From Octopus bimaculoides (Eukaryota), in NCBI RefSeq assembly GCF_001194135.2, contig NC_068983.1:146384884-146448883 (forward strand): a stretch of DNA of 64,000 bases, written 5' to 3'. Shown in pieces: positions 1 through 13,347 of this stretch (position 1 is its first letter; every line of letters starts with the position of its first letter). The notes beneath the pieces were generated by a model. The model was not told where the DNA came from. It saw nothing but the letters and a program-made list of their open reading frames with translations, and did not search any database. A program made the position numbers and the translations under genes.

Positions 1-229
1 TTTCCTTCTCCATTCCGTAACTTGTATTCTCTTTTGCACACTCGGCAACCCTGGTCGCCTACCGTGGAATATAAAAAAAATCTTTTTTTGCTCATCATTC
101 TTCGAACAAGAAAAATAATCCACAACCTTGCTCAATAAACCACTATTGTTCCTGAAAGTTGTTATTTTATATTTACTATGGATTGCTCGAAACGAACTTA
201 CTTCCTACACATCGATCTCTAGATCTTAC

Positions 230-264
<35 letters not shown>

Positions 265-1589
265 CCTATAAGTAGTGTTATGGTTAAAGAAAACAATCCC
301 TCCTTTAAGTAGTATAAAAGCATTTTTATTCACTACATGTTTATATATTATTTTTACTGGTTACAATAATTTTTTTCCTTTAATGGTTTTTGTCTCATGG
401 AGGTGCAGTGTCTCCTCCTCCAGACCAGTCAGTAGCTGTCTTTTGTACGGCCTTTAAAAGTTATGCAAGACAGGAGTGTTGACATTTCCTAGCATGTGAA
501 AGAATTCAAAGAATTTAGTTGATTATACCAACTCCAGTACTTTAGTGCTTATTTTATTGAAAGTTAACTTTTTAATAAATAGAAATGATCATAATAAAAC
601 AGTACCTTAAGATATTTTGTTTAATACACGCTAATATACATATAAATTTTTATATTTTCTGTTGAGCAAATTTCACTCAAGGCTTTTATTGAACTGAGAT
701 TAAGGTAGGAAGGCATTCATCTAATATGATGGGCAATGTGATCAAACTAGGAACCACATGGTGGGGAAACAACCTTTCAGCTACATAACCACACCAACAG
801 ATATTTTAAAATATATATGAAATAAAAACACATCCCAGTTTTTAGAAGAGGTAAACTAGATTTCTATGTTACATAAGAAATAATAATCAGAAAATGCCAG
901 ATGGCCATAAGACACTGTCTCAAGAATTTCTGTCCAGCATATGCTGAATTGAGGAGTGGATATCAAATGATGATGAGGTAAGCTTTAGTGGTAATCCATC
1001 AATCTGGAAAGTTACTGATTATGTTAGAAAACAAAACAGAAGGAGTCTGCCACTCCAGACAGTGACAACACTGTCAATTTGGCAAGTGATTTATTAGCTG
1101 AAACAGTTCCAAGTTCAATTTTTCTGGTAGTGGAAAACCAATTATGATAATCTAGTGTTTTATCCAGAGAGTGATGCTGTGAAACATGAGGATAAGCACC
1201 AGGATATAGAAATTCAGAAAAACAATTTAGTGGTTTAATTTGGAGGAAGGGGATGACCAAAGCTTTTGCAGACCATCAATATGGTTGATGTTCTAGAATT
1301 ACAAGAAAAACATGGGTAGGGAGGGAATTCCAGAAAGATGTTCTTGGTAGGAAAGGTTGGCATGAAAATACAGCTTTTCACACTTTGTTGGACATGTGTA
1401 ATGTTATTGTGACAAGATTGCAATTGGTCAAGAGTTGGACAACTGGGCTGAAGAGCTGATGGATTAAACAACGTAACATGGTCAAGACAGATTTTTCTTT
1501 GGCCTTGTTCACTTAATACTAAATAGGTACCATGATATGTAAATTGCAGAAGAACTGTGTAAGCTAATTGATGATTCATTAACTTCCAG

Positions 1590-2085
1590 TTCAAGCCCTA
1601 CCTCAGGCCTGAAGTAGCATTCAGGAAAAATATTCCCTGGGAGGATGGACACAATGTGGGTGATAAAAATTGTAAAGGTAATTAAAGGATGTGGACATGG
1701 ATAGAAATGGCATGAAACAAACCAGTTCAAGGAAAAGAGGTTCATATAGCATCACCAGAAAATGCAGAGTAAAGAAACATCATGTTTGTGAGTTAGAAGT
1801 TGGTATGTGTTGGTGAATAGCTTCAAACCAATCAGCTGGATGGCCTTTTTGTAAAAGCAGTCCAGGATGTTCGAATGTATAGCAGCAACACATGTTAGTT
1901 GAGGGAGTAGTGTTCCACTATGGATCTTATATCAGTTTTGAAGTTAGTGAAAGTTGGAAGATGAAGTATTTTATAGCCTTAAAGAGAAAAACCAGATCTT
2001 AGGATGCAGCTTTTGCTGTTAGAGGATGTGAGATTTGCATGTTGTTGACTGTAGGGAAACTAAATGAGTAAGATCAACATTGCCT
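1590..2085 (-). mobile_element. degraded CR1/Jockey-group LINE, ORF2 C-terminal relic
   Basis: Minus-strand translation gives decayed post-RT motifs (DLVFLFKAIKYF; ILPGNIFPECY, similar to WNSLP..VFP..Y) with stops and frameshifts. Confidence 0.5.
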
Positions 2086-2517
2086 TTGTTTGTTAAATTT
2101 CTCAAGTAGTTATCTACACCTCTCTAACATTTTTCAAAGTACAGCTAAAAATACAATCTTACAAAAAAACACAAACAATAATAAATGGAGAAAAGAGCAG
2201 CAAAATATTAAAATTTGTAGAAATATTTATTATAACAGAATAAGACAGCTGAAAAAAAAATTAAATAAAAAAACACTTCTCATACTGGGACAATGAATAC
2301 TTCAGAGCAGGAGATGGGGAAGAGGATATGGCAGATTAATTTATAATATCAATTTAAAGATAAAAAATATGTTTTGTTCATTGTTAATTAGTGACATCAA
2401 GAATATTTATCAAAATTTATCAGGGATAGTTGTACAGAATATAATTATTTTCTTTGTTATTTAGATATTTTTTCTTCTTTCTAGTTTCAGATTCTTTTAT
2501 GTTTCTCATTAAGAGGC

Positions 2518-2550
<33 letters not shown>

Positions 2551-2668
2551 TTCAATCTCGTATCCTTCCATTATTTTTCTGATTTGAGGTTTCAAGAGAA
2601 AATTACTTTTTAAAAAAATGAAGTTAATTAATCTAATAAATTATATATACTAAAATGTAAACCTTATT

Positions 2669-2670
<2 letters not shown>

Positions 2671-2732
<62 letters not shown>
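2671..2732. repeat. (GA)n microsatellite, one of many simple repeats: (TA)n 231-260 and 4698-4736, (CA)n 2518-2545, (TAA)n about 10348-10387, (TATG)n 54667-54788 and 62900-62975
   Basis: Directly visible. Confidence 0.98.
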
Positions 2733-2734
<2 letters not shown>

Positions 2735-3911
2735 TGAGCAACAACTTTTTAAACAAATAAATAATTGAAGATGAAAAAAAACAACATTGTAAGATTTAGC
2801 AAAATTTCATGAATTATATTTCAAAACAAAACAGGAAATACTTAGGAGAACAAAAGTCTTTGGTAGAAATAACTGATAATTGCTTTTGAATTAAGATTAA
2901 AATGTGAAAGGAAACAGAGTTCTTCCTAATCATAATGCATGGAAGATAGAATGAGCAATTAATGGTAGGAGCAGAAAAGAAACAACAAAGTTTTCATTAG
3001 GAAAAGTGACGTGTGTGAAAATTTTCTAAGCACCGTTTGACAGTTAAACAACAGTGCATGTAGAATGCATTTTAAAATATAAATTAACAACACCTTATGA
3101 GAAGTATGCAAGGCATACTTCTCATACACACACACACACACACACACAAAACGTGTGTGTGCGTGTATAAATTAATATCGACAGCTGCGTGCAATGCTTT
3201 ACCAAAAAGGAAAACTATAGTTGTCACTAAATATGACTAGGGTGTTAGAACACCTACATTGCTAGAAATAAGAGCTAAAAAGGTCTAATGCTGAAAATAA
3301 GCACATAATTGTATATGTCTCCACTGATGTGGCTACGGAATTGGCTGAAACTGGCTGATCAGAACAGGGAATTCTTGACTGGTGTTTTCAGGCAATTACA
3401 GTCAGTACATATGTAAACAATTATGTGGTTTAGCTACAGCATTAGAGTTTTTTTAGCTTTTNNNNNNNNNNNNNNNNNNNNNNNNNNNNNNNNNNNNNNN
3501 NNNNNNNNNNNNNNNNNNNNNNNNNNNNNNNNNNNNNNNNNNNNNNNNNNNNNNNNNNNNNNNNNNNNNNNNNNNNNNNNNNNNNNNNNNNNNNNNNNNN
3601 NNNNNNNNNNNNNNNNNNNNNNNNNNNNNNNNNNNNNNNNNNNNNNNNNNNNNNNNNNNNNNNNNNNNNNNNNNNNNNNNNNNNNNNNNNNNNNNNNNNN
3701 NNNNNNNNNNNNNNNNNNNNNNNNNNNNNNNNNNNNNNNNNNNNNNNNNNNNNNNNNNNNNNNNNNNNNNNNNNNNNNNNNNNNNNNNNNNNNNNNNNNN
3801 NNNNNNNNNNNNNNNNNNNNNNNNNNNNNNNNNNNNNNNNNNNNNNNNNNNNNNNNNNNNNNNNNNNNNNNNNNNNNNNNNNNNNNNNNNNNNNNNNNNN
3901 NNNNNNNNNNN

Positions 3912-3945
<34 letters not shown>

Positions 3946-4682
3946 AAAAAGACCACTCCACCAAATAGGAAAAGAATAAAAAGTAAATTGAAATGAAGAA
4001 AAACTAGTTAAAATCACTTAGATGCATGCACCCACCCCTACACATATAACAGACACACACATGTATATATATAAGTATATATATATATGTACATAGATAC
4101 ATATATATATATACATATTTATACATACATAAGTGTAAACATGTATATATAAATACATATGTACACTCATATGCATACACACACACACACACACGTAATT
4201 GTGTATTGGTGAATTAAATCATTCTTCATATCTAAAAGCTTTTTGTATAGTCAGCTGCATTCATCTTCAATCTGAAATAACCTTTGAGCATGAGGAAATA
4301 ATTCAGTTTACCAACAGACAGACTCCACACACTTCTAACACAGGTGTGTATTGAGCACTTTCTACCCTTACATGAAAATACAAATATTTTTTGTGCACCC
4401 CCACTCCCACACATATCTTGTTATTATTATTACTATTATTAATAATCAGTAGGAGTTAGAATGACTCAAAGGTTGAGAGATTTGTGCATTGGCACCCATG
4501 AAATTGGTTTCAAATTACAGCTTTTACATTTATATACACTGGTTAAAATGATAATTACTGATAATTATCATCATAAGTGATCTATACACATAATTTGATA
4601 CCAGTTTGATAAGTTCCAACATACAAAACTCATGGCTATTGAGTTACTCAGTAACTTCTGCTGATTAATTATACATATACAT

Positions 4683-4739
<57 letters not shown>

Positions 4740-4959
4740 CTTGCTTGTAAACACAAACACTCGCCAATACACACACAATATTCCTATTTCTGTAGTAGAT
4801 GAATCTTGCATTTTCTCAATGTTTAAAAAATAGACTTATACCAGTAGTAGATATGTGGAGTGAAAATTAGCTAGTGTGCTGTCTGAAGTGACACCATTGT
4901 CTCCTGTCCCAATTGTTTTATCATTCATACTTTTTTTTTCTCTACAATAACTGCTGAAA

Positions 4960-5041
4960 TCAATAAACTGCTTTCACAGCTTTCATGATCAAATTTGTTT
5001 GGTCCACAAGATAAGCAGCACTCAAAAATACATCTCGTTTT
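4960..5041 (-). CDS. PDCD10: PDCD10 coding exon 7 (KRDVFLSAAYLVDQTNLIMKAVKAVY*)
   Basis: Acceptor tctttctttcttttccag, 82 coding nt ending in TGA at 4962-4960. Matches human [26 protein letters not shown]. Confidence 0.96.
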
Positions 5042-6789
5042 CTGGAAAAGAAAGAAAGAAAAAAAAAGAAACAAAGGAATTAGCATAAGTTTTATAACTG
5101 TTGAAATTGATACATCATAACTATAAATATTTTTTATATGCTGTATAAAAAATGCATGGGCATATTAAACACACCCCAATTCCAGCATTGCACATTCAGG
5201 AAAATATTTTTAAAGTGAATTAAAGCTTATGGGAGGTCCAAATTCACATATAAGACTAGTTGCTTCTTATATGCCATCAAAAATGCAATTTTTTTCTTAT
5301 ATGCATTTCTGAATGATAGCCTCAGTGAACATGTGTGCTCAAAGGCAGATACAGTTGGCCAATCAATGGATCACTACATTTACTATCACTTATTTAGATG
5401 TGAAACAAATGTGGTTATTTGAACACTAAACTAAATGCCTTGAGAATGGTAGTTATTAATCATTAATCTTCAAGAAAATCTCAGATGTCTTTTGAATATC
5501 AGAGGTATCTGCTGAGAGTTATATTCTCCAAACTGCTCATAAGTATCAAACAGATTTTCTTTGAGACAACCAACCATAGTTATATTCTAATGCATAGATT
5601 GTCTTTGATTCAGATGATTACAATACTGGACAGTAAGGATATGTTCTTTAAATTTTATTACCATTTTAGAACTCCTCTACTCTGATAGATCATTTCACAT
5701 CAACTCTGTGATTGATGCAATCATTAAAATCTATTCTTTTCTATCAACATTTCTAGGACACAAACTGAATGGCATTATATATCCAGATGAAATACTTGAA
5801 ATAACTTTAATAAACAACTGGCACCCATGTGAGATCCACAAAATACAAAATAAACAGAGTATCAGTGTCACTCATTTGGGAAGGACACGCACACATCCAA
5901 AATGTAAAACGAGGCCATGTGACTGAAATAGTACTCCTCCAAAAACATTTTACAAATTACATAATGTAGGCTGGGGGTAGTTGTAGCATTACCATAGCAA
6001 TGTTGCTAGGAATAAGAAGCATGAACTGTTTTTGCAAATTTGAGGTATTTATGATGGCAACATGTTATCAGCTTGACAGTAAAAAGCTGTAAATTATTGC
6101 AATCATCTGACATTACAAGTTAACTCTGAGACAATAGATCAACATGCTGTCAGCATGAGAGTCCATGTTGTCCGATCCAAAGTGCCTGCACAATATTGAT
6201 TATATTCAACATAAACACTGTTGTGTGCCAGCTTGCTTGGACTTATGTAGAGCTAATTTATGGATATTTATGTATCATTAATGCTACCTGGGCAATACTC
6301 ATTCTATGCTTGCTACTGACTCCTTTGATAGAGTAAAGATTTAGTAACCAGGTGATATGCTGGTTACAAGGCATGCAGGCAAAGGAAATGAAACATGCCA
6401 GGTAATGTGCTAACCTGCTGGACAACACAGGGGAGACAAGACATGAAGGTAATAATGTACAGGCAATGAAACATGCCAGGTGATGAGCTGATAACGAAAT
6501 GCTGAAAAATATGCAGACAAGACATGTCAAGTAATGAGGTGGGTTGCAACTCAGTTGCAATATTTGGCCATATAGATGTACTTTTGATCTATGTACAAGT
6601 TCATTAAGAATATTGATAACAATATCTACTATAATAATACTCTTATGTTTTTCTTTGTCACAACATATGAATGAGAAAGGAAGGGGTGATGGATGAATAA
6701 GAAAGGAAGGAGTGATGGCAAACTGGTAGTGGGATGGTGAACATTCAATGCTGAAAAGAAAAATCAAACAGTGTTTCAACTCTGTGTGA

Positions 6790-6825
<36 letters not shown>

Positions 6826-7476
6826 AAGGGAAGTATGTGAATGTTTGTATGTGTGAACCAGCATTCTTTCAGTAACAAATACTACAATTAGCCGTCACTT
6901 TTGACAGCGTGGGGGGGGGGGGGCTAGTGCATATATAAACACAACTACATTTTATTTTAGATTCTTATTGTCGCCATCATCGTACATCCACTTTTCATAC
7001 TGGCATGGTTTCTCTGACAGGACCCCTATCTAATTCCGATCACTTTACAGAGTGTACTGGGTGCATTTTATTAAAGTACCAGTACTATAGAGGATGCCAT
7101 GTCCCTAGGAAGATTAAAGAAACCTGTCTATCCTACATTATCTCTATTCATCTGCCAGCCACTTTGCTGGGTGTAAAGATGCCTTTTATCAAAGTACCAA
7201 CATCAGAGAGGTTGTCTTGTCCTCTAAAAGTTGAAAGAGTCCTCTCTATGTTGTTTCAATTTATTGACTGCAAACATGATGACTAAGGAGGTGAATAAAA
7301 GAGAGAGGGATAACTGAGAGAAAACCAGGGTAATAGGTTGAAGGGAGATGGAGTATGAGTATGTGTGTAAGAGAGGAAACAGAATGATAGAAATGAGTAG
7401 GTGGTAGGGAAGGGGGTAATGCAGGAAATAGTAATATGCAGTAACATGATGTTTTTTTTTCTCTACAATCTTCTAA

Positions 7477-7615
7477 CATCATCATCATCATCATCATCAT
7501 TTAACGTCCGCTTTCCATGCTAGCATGGGTTGGACGAGTTGACTGAGGACTGGTGAACCAGATGGCTACACCAGGCTCCAATCTGATTTGGCAGTTTCTA
7601 CAGCTGGATGCTCTT
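7477..7615 (-). mobile_element. young 5'-truncated RTE 3' end
   Basis: (CAT)n followed by ttaacgtccgctttccatgctagcatgggttggacg; near-identical to copies at 10185, 10576, 57633 and 60473. Confidence 0.9.
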
Positions 7616-8039
7616 CGTTGAAATTTGTTGAGAACCTTTTACTCAACAGATGATCGGAGAAGATATCTGTCTTGCAATCATAAAATCTGAAAAACCTTTA
7701 AGGCATTTGTAATCTATACCCTACTCTAGATAGGATCTCCCCACTGTGTACCAGCATACACACTTACTGGTATGTCTACTCGTACTAACACACACACACA
7801 CCATTCCTCTGTAACACAAGTGTGCATGTGCATGAGCACACACACAACATTCTGAAGCCCCTCTCCTCACCCACTATTCTTCAATCCCACACCTTATGAA
7901 ACTCATAACTCAGGTTCAAATTTATACAATCATTGATAGCAATAATGCCATCCCACTACAACACTTGCTACCAGCTTACTTTATCTACATACTCTCTGCA
8001 TAATTTTTCTCACACTTTTCTCTTATTATTGTTCTGACA

Positions 8040-8515
8040 AGCAGGGGAGCTGCACCAGTCTTCAGTCTGATTTGAATGATTTTCTATGGCTGGATGCCCT
8101 TCCTAATGTCAACCACTTTACAGAGTATGCTGAGTGCTTTCATGTGACGCCACATGTGTGCTTTTACATGACATTGCATGGGTGTTTTTATGTGGCATCG
8201 CCATGAGTGCTTTTCCCCACCAGTGGACAAGAGGGACAGGTCTTACCACATCTGCTGTAGAGTATGGGTCTACTTGAGTATAGCAAGGCGCCAGGCATCT
8301 CAGCCCTTTGTCATCACACCTGAAAGGTTCAGCGTCCTGTGGTCGTTCTTCAGTACTTAATCTCATGTCTTCCCAGGTCTCCCACTTCCAAGTGTTCCAT
8401 CAACTTTGAGAGATCAGCACTTCTTAATAGAACTGTTGACATCCATCTGGATCACATGACCAAACCAGCACAGTCTCTCTTGCACACAGCAACTAATTCC
8501 TCTTATGTCTAGTTA
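8040..8515 (-). mobile_element. older RTE 3' fragment (ORF2 end plus 3'UTR)
   Basis: Contains ctggatgcccttcctaatgtcaaccactttacagag and a decayed GRPRKTW-region sequence. Confidence 0.75.
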
Positions 8516-8519
8516 CTGT

Positions 8520-9015
8520 GTAATAACAATAATAGTAATTCTTTCTAATTTTGGCACAAAGGTGACAATTCTGAGGGGAGGGAAAAAAATGATTACATCA
8601 ACCACGGTACTTGACTGGTACTTATTTTATCAACCCAAAAAGGATGAAAGTCCAAGTCAACCTCGGCAGTATAAAGAGCTAGAAGAAATGTCACTAAAAC
8701 ATAAAGATCCAGAAGACATGTCACTAAGCATTTTTGTCCAGCATTGTAATGACGACAACACCACCACCACTTGAGCTCAGAATGTAAAAAGTTGGAGCAA
8801 ATACTGATAAAAATTTCTTCCAATACTCCAATGATTCTATGAGGAAAAACACGAGAAAATTTTGGGGAGAAGGAAAGTGGATTTCATCAATTCCAGGACT
8901 TGAGTGCTATTCATTTTACTGACCTCAGCAGGATTAAAGGAAAAGTCAAACCTGGCAGGATTTGAAATCAGAATGTAAAGAGCCATAACTAAATACTATT
9001 AGGCATTTTGTGTTA
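8520..9015 (-). mobile_element. cluster of degraded tRNA-derived SINE copies (family A)
   Basis: Reverse complements of the gttcaaattc..gactttgcctttcatcctttcggggtcgataaa..gtaccag consensus seen better preserved at 48550-48920. Confidence 0.7.
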
Positions 9016-9782
9016 ATGATTCTAATCCCTGGCAAGATAAAAGGAATAGAGGACATTAACTATGCACATAAACAAACATATAAAAAAAGGAGAGTGAGGA
9101 AGGAATAATGGATGCCAGATGTACAAGGAAAGAGTAAGGAAGTTATCGAGTAGTGGGGCGAGTAAAAGGTTAAAAGGGGTCAGCTATTGTGGTCAAGAGG
9201 GGTGTGAAAGTGGCAATGAGGGGGATAATAGAAAGGGTTGACAGGGAATTTCACAGGCAGGGACGGAGACGGTAGGACAAAAATTAAAACAGAGAAATAA
9301 CAATAGAACAAAAAATATTTTTTAAACAAAATAATAAAAATAAAAAAGAGGACTAAAAAAAAAATCAATAATCAGTGGGCAACTATAAATAATAATGAAG
9401 AGTCTAAAATATAAAGTCATGCCATGCATTGTGGTACTGGGGCAATAGTTCTGAAGGTCACCTGGTAAGTGTTCAAATTGAGCAGAGCAGTCAGTGCAAG
9501 TAGGTCAAGAAGAGAGAGAGAGAGAGAGCAAAAGTGGATATATGTTCTTATTGGGAAAAAAGAATGAAGATGTTAAATTTGTGAATTAGTGATTTGATAC
9601 ATTTACAAATTGGTGAAACTGCTGAATACATACACAGAGCAATGAAATTAATTAATGAAATAGAAAAATCAATCAAAAACTAAGGGCTCTAAAGAGGGAC
9701 CCAAATTAGTACGTTTAGGCAGGTTTGAGTGTAATAAAAAAGTTAAGTGTTAATAGAACAAACATAAATGGAGTAGGTGTTT

Positions 9783-10347
9783 GAATAATAATAATGATAA
9801 TAATAATAATAATAATAATCCTTTCTACTATAGGCACAAGGCCTGAAATTTTGTGGGAGGAATATAGTTGATTACATCAGCCCCAGTACTCACTTGGTAC
9901 ATATTTCATTGACACTGAAAGGATGAAAAAGCCAAGTCAAACTTGGAGAATTTAAACTCAGATCATAAAGATGGGCTAAATGCTGCTAAGCATTTTGTCT
10001 GGTGTGCTAATGATTCTGCCAGAAATTTTGAGTGGTTTGATGAATTAAATCACCTCCAGCACTTAACTGGTACTTTATTTTATTGACTCCAGAGGAATAA
10101 AAGGTAAAGTTTATCATGGTAGGGTTTGAACTCAAAATGTAATGAGCTAGAATATGCACCATAAAGCATTTTGTCTAGAACTCTCATCATCATCATCATC
10201 ATCATCATCGTTTAACGTCCGCTTTCCATGCTAGCATGGGTTGGACGATTTGACTGAGGACTGGTGAAACCAGATGGCTACCCCAGGCTCCAATCTGATT
10301 TGGCAGAGTTTCTACAGCTGGATGCCCTTCCTAATGCCAACCACTCC

Positions 10348-10389
<42 letters not shown>

Positions 10390-10905
10390 CCTTTCTGATT
10401 TAGACATAATGCCACCAATTTTAAAGGAAGAAAGTTAATTGATACCGCTGACCTCAATACTTGTCTGGTACTTTAATTTGACCCTAAAGGAATGGCAGGC
10501 AAAGTTGACTGTGACCAGGTTTGAACTCAGATTGTAAAGAACTGGAAGAAATACTGTAAACACTTTAAGTTACTTATCATCATCATCATCATTGTTTAAC
10601 GTCCGCTTTCCATGCTAGCATGAGTTGGACGATTTGACTGAGGACTGGTGAACCAGATGGCTACCCCAGGCTCCAATCTGATTTGGCAGAGTTTCTACAG
10701 CTGGATGCCCTTCCTAATGCCAACCACTCCGAGAGTGTAGTGGGTGCTTTTACATGCCACCGGCAAGAAGGCCAGTCAGGCGGTACTGGCAACAGCCACG
10801 CTCAAAATGCTGTATTTTACGTGCCACCTGCACAGGAGCCAGTCCAATAGCACTGGCAATGATCTCGCTTGAATGCCTTTACACGTACCACCAGCACAAG
10901 TGCCA
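9783..10905 (-). mobile_element. co-oriented stack: SINE-A (9783-10020), SINE-A (10040-10170), RTE 3' end (10185-10348), SINE-A (10349-10560), RTE 3' end (10576-10905)
   Basis: (TAA)n-tailed SINE copies alternate with (CAT)n-tailed RTE ends, all on the minus strand. Confidence 0.85.
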
Positions 10906-11429
10906 GGAAGTCAACGCAAAAATTATATTGTCTTTAGTAATATTTTTTAGAAATTCCCTAATGCATTCTACTAAGTTTCAAAAAGACCTTCCTCTCAGTA
11001 AGTAAATATTCATTGATGAAATAGCCAAGTGGTAGAGATATTCACTCTGTTCAAGGTCTCTGGTTTCAAGTAATTTTATTTTTATAAGTTCATGACTCTT
11101 TCGCAGACGGGAAAGGAGAGGTGGAAAATATATCTATGTCAGCCAAAATGAACTGGAAAGTGATGCAATGTAGAGGAACATCTTGGTACTAAAAGTCTGT
11201 CCCTCTAATGTTGATGACACAATAAAAAGTACTCAGTTGATACTGAGAAAAAAGAGGCATTTAAATGTTAAGAGAGAATGAGAAGGAGAGATAGAAAGAG
11301 ATTATCTTAAGTAAACCCAACGAAAGAAACCAGTATTAAAGCTGATAGGTGTAGAATCATTTGGACCATCAAGGTATAGTTAAGATGCTAAAAAATATTT
11401 AGTGAAGTAACACTAGTTATTTACACAGT

Positions 11430-11697
11430 TTCTGTTAGTTGAGTGACTAAATTAGTAATAGAGAGCAGGTACTCCAAAGGTATAGTACATAGAGTAAGAA
11501 TTAGGTGGACAAAAGTTCAAGGGGCTATTATCTCTGCTGGTAATAGCCTCTGGGCACTGAATGTAAAGGACGTGTGATGGATTTGTAATGTCAGTATCCA
11601 TGAATGATGGAGCAAAAATGAGCTGAGAGAAAGGAAAATTGGGTATAAGAGAAATCGGAGGCAGTGTGCAAAAGATAATAAAAACACTATGGTGTGA
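11430..11697 (+). mobile_element. old RTE ORF2 C-terminal fragment
   Basis: Decayed homology to the KFRELLPLL / CNVSV / LREKLGIR region. It abuts an opposite-strand copy. Confidence 0.6.
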
Positions 11698-12765
11698 CAC
11701 TTCTTCACACAGCTATCCTCATCCATTCTCACCACAGGACCATACCAGCGCAGTTGTCTCTCTTGCACACCACATCTTATGCTTCTTAGGCCCAACTTTT
11801 CTCTCACACTGACATTACACATTCAGCAGAGCAAACTGGCTTAATTCCTTGCAAGCTTACGCATGTTCTCAGCAGTCATGGCCCATGTTTCACTGCCATG
11901 TAGCATGGCTGATCGTACACATGCGTCATACAGTCTACCTTTTACTTTGAGTGAGAGGCCCTTTGTCACCAGCAGAAGTAGGAGCTCTCTGAATCTTGCC
12001 CAGGTTATTCTTATTGTAGCAGCTACACTTTCAGAGCACCCACCCCCACTACTGACTTGGTCACCTAGGTAATGAAAGCTATCAACTACTTCTAGTTTTT
12101 CTCCCTGGAATGTGGCAGAAGTTGTTCTCTGCACATTTTCAATGTTTATTGCTCCTCAACATGTACCACATACAAAAACTAACTTCCTAGTTAGCCTTCC
12201 TTTGATATTGCTGCACTTCTTATGTGTCCATAGCTTACACTGGGTACATCTAACAGAGTTTCTACCTATGCCTTTTCTACAGATCGAGCAACGCCATTTA
12301 CCTAAAGGGATTTGTGGTTTGTCTGCCTTCCTGCTTATTAGGACTTTGGTTTTTGCTAGATTGACTCTAAAGGCCCTTCGTTGCTTCCACACCTGAAACT
12401 TCTCTAGTTCTGATAGTGACTCAACAATTAGAGCAAGGTCATTAGCACAGAGTAGCTCTCAGGGGTATCCTGTCTTGAATTCCTGTGTTATTGCCTGGAT
12501 GACTATGATAAATAGGAGGGGGCTGAGGACTGAACCTTGGTGGACTCCTACCTCTACTCGGAATTCTTCACTGTACTCATTGCCAACCCTCACCTTACTG
12601 ACAGCGTTCCTGTACATGGCTTGCACAGCTCTCACTAACCATTCATCTATCCCTAGCTTCCTCATTGACCACCGGATAAGGGATTGGGGGACCCTGTCAA
12701 AGGCTATCGCCATGTCAACGAAAGCCAGGTACAGAGGTTCACCCTCAACCCTTAACTCTCTCGCA
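11692..12765 (-). pseudogene. RTE LINE ORF2 fragment (RT plus Cys-rich insert plus C-terminus)
   Basis: LAFVDMAIAFDRVP..GVHQGSVLSPLLF; CSICRKGIGRNSVRCTQCKLWTHKKC; LHGSETW. Frameshifted. Confidence 0.92.
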
Positions 12766-12802
12766 TATATATATATATATATAATATACATATGAACAGA
12801 GG

Positions 12803-12848
<46 letters not shown>

Positions 12849-13264
12849 CTCCTTCCTTCTTAGGATCTATATTCATGTAATATCAGTCTTAAAGATATAA
12901 ATACCATAATCAAACCTGATATCAATTGTTTTGTCCTTTTATACTTTTATTATTTAATGCTTTTACATGCTCAATTGATAAACTGTCAACAGCCAATTGT
13001 CATTATGTAGCTATAACATCTTTGCTTTTAGTTGCAGTTCAAGTTGGAGTTTTAGGCTTCTAGTCAATCTTGAGGACTAATTGTATATACCTATTACTGT
13101 ATCTCACCAAAGAGATATTACTTCAATTCTGCTCTATGTACATATATGTGTAAAGTCACCATCATCTTTTAATGTCCGTCTTCCATCTGGCATGTTTGGC
13201 TCACTGACAAAACTTTAAATTAAAGAAATAACAATTTAAGCAAATATTAAAAAAATAGACTTAC

Positions 13265-13347
13265 TCATTTTCCTTAAAGTAATCTTTTAAAGTTGTGCTG
13301 AAGCGTTTAGAATATTTGATAAATTCTTTCTTCCGATGTGCAAGAGT
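13265..13347 (-). CDS. PDCD10: PDCD10 coding exon 6 (TLAHRKKEFIKYSKRFSTTLKDYFKEN)
   Basis: Acceptor tcttggcag, 83 nt, donor GA|GTAAGT. Matches human [27 protein letters not shown]. Confidence 0.97.

Noticed and set aside
880-1500. Coding-looking stretch with an IDGLPL peptide on the minus strand, reminiscent of CACTA transposases
   Set aside because: One short motif, stops in every frame, and no second supporting motif.
3423-4017. Long ORFs spanning N-runs (also at 32.6-33.2, 41.0-41.6, 42.9-43.5, 52.7-53.9 and 60.9-62.1 kb)
   Set aside because: Artefacts of translating assembly gaps as X.
6258-6878. 206-aa minus-strand ORF
   Set aside because: Built from (CA)n and a decayed low-complexity repeat; no recognisable domain or splice context.
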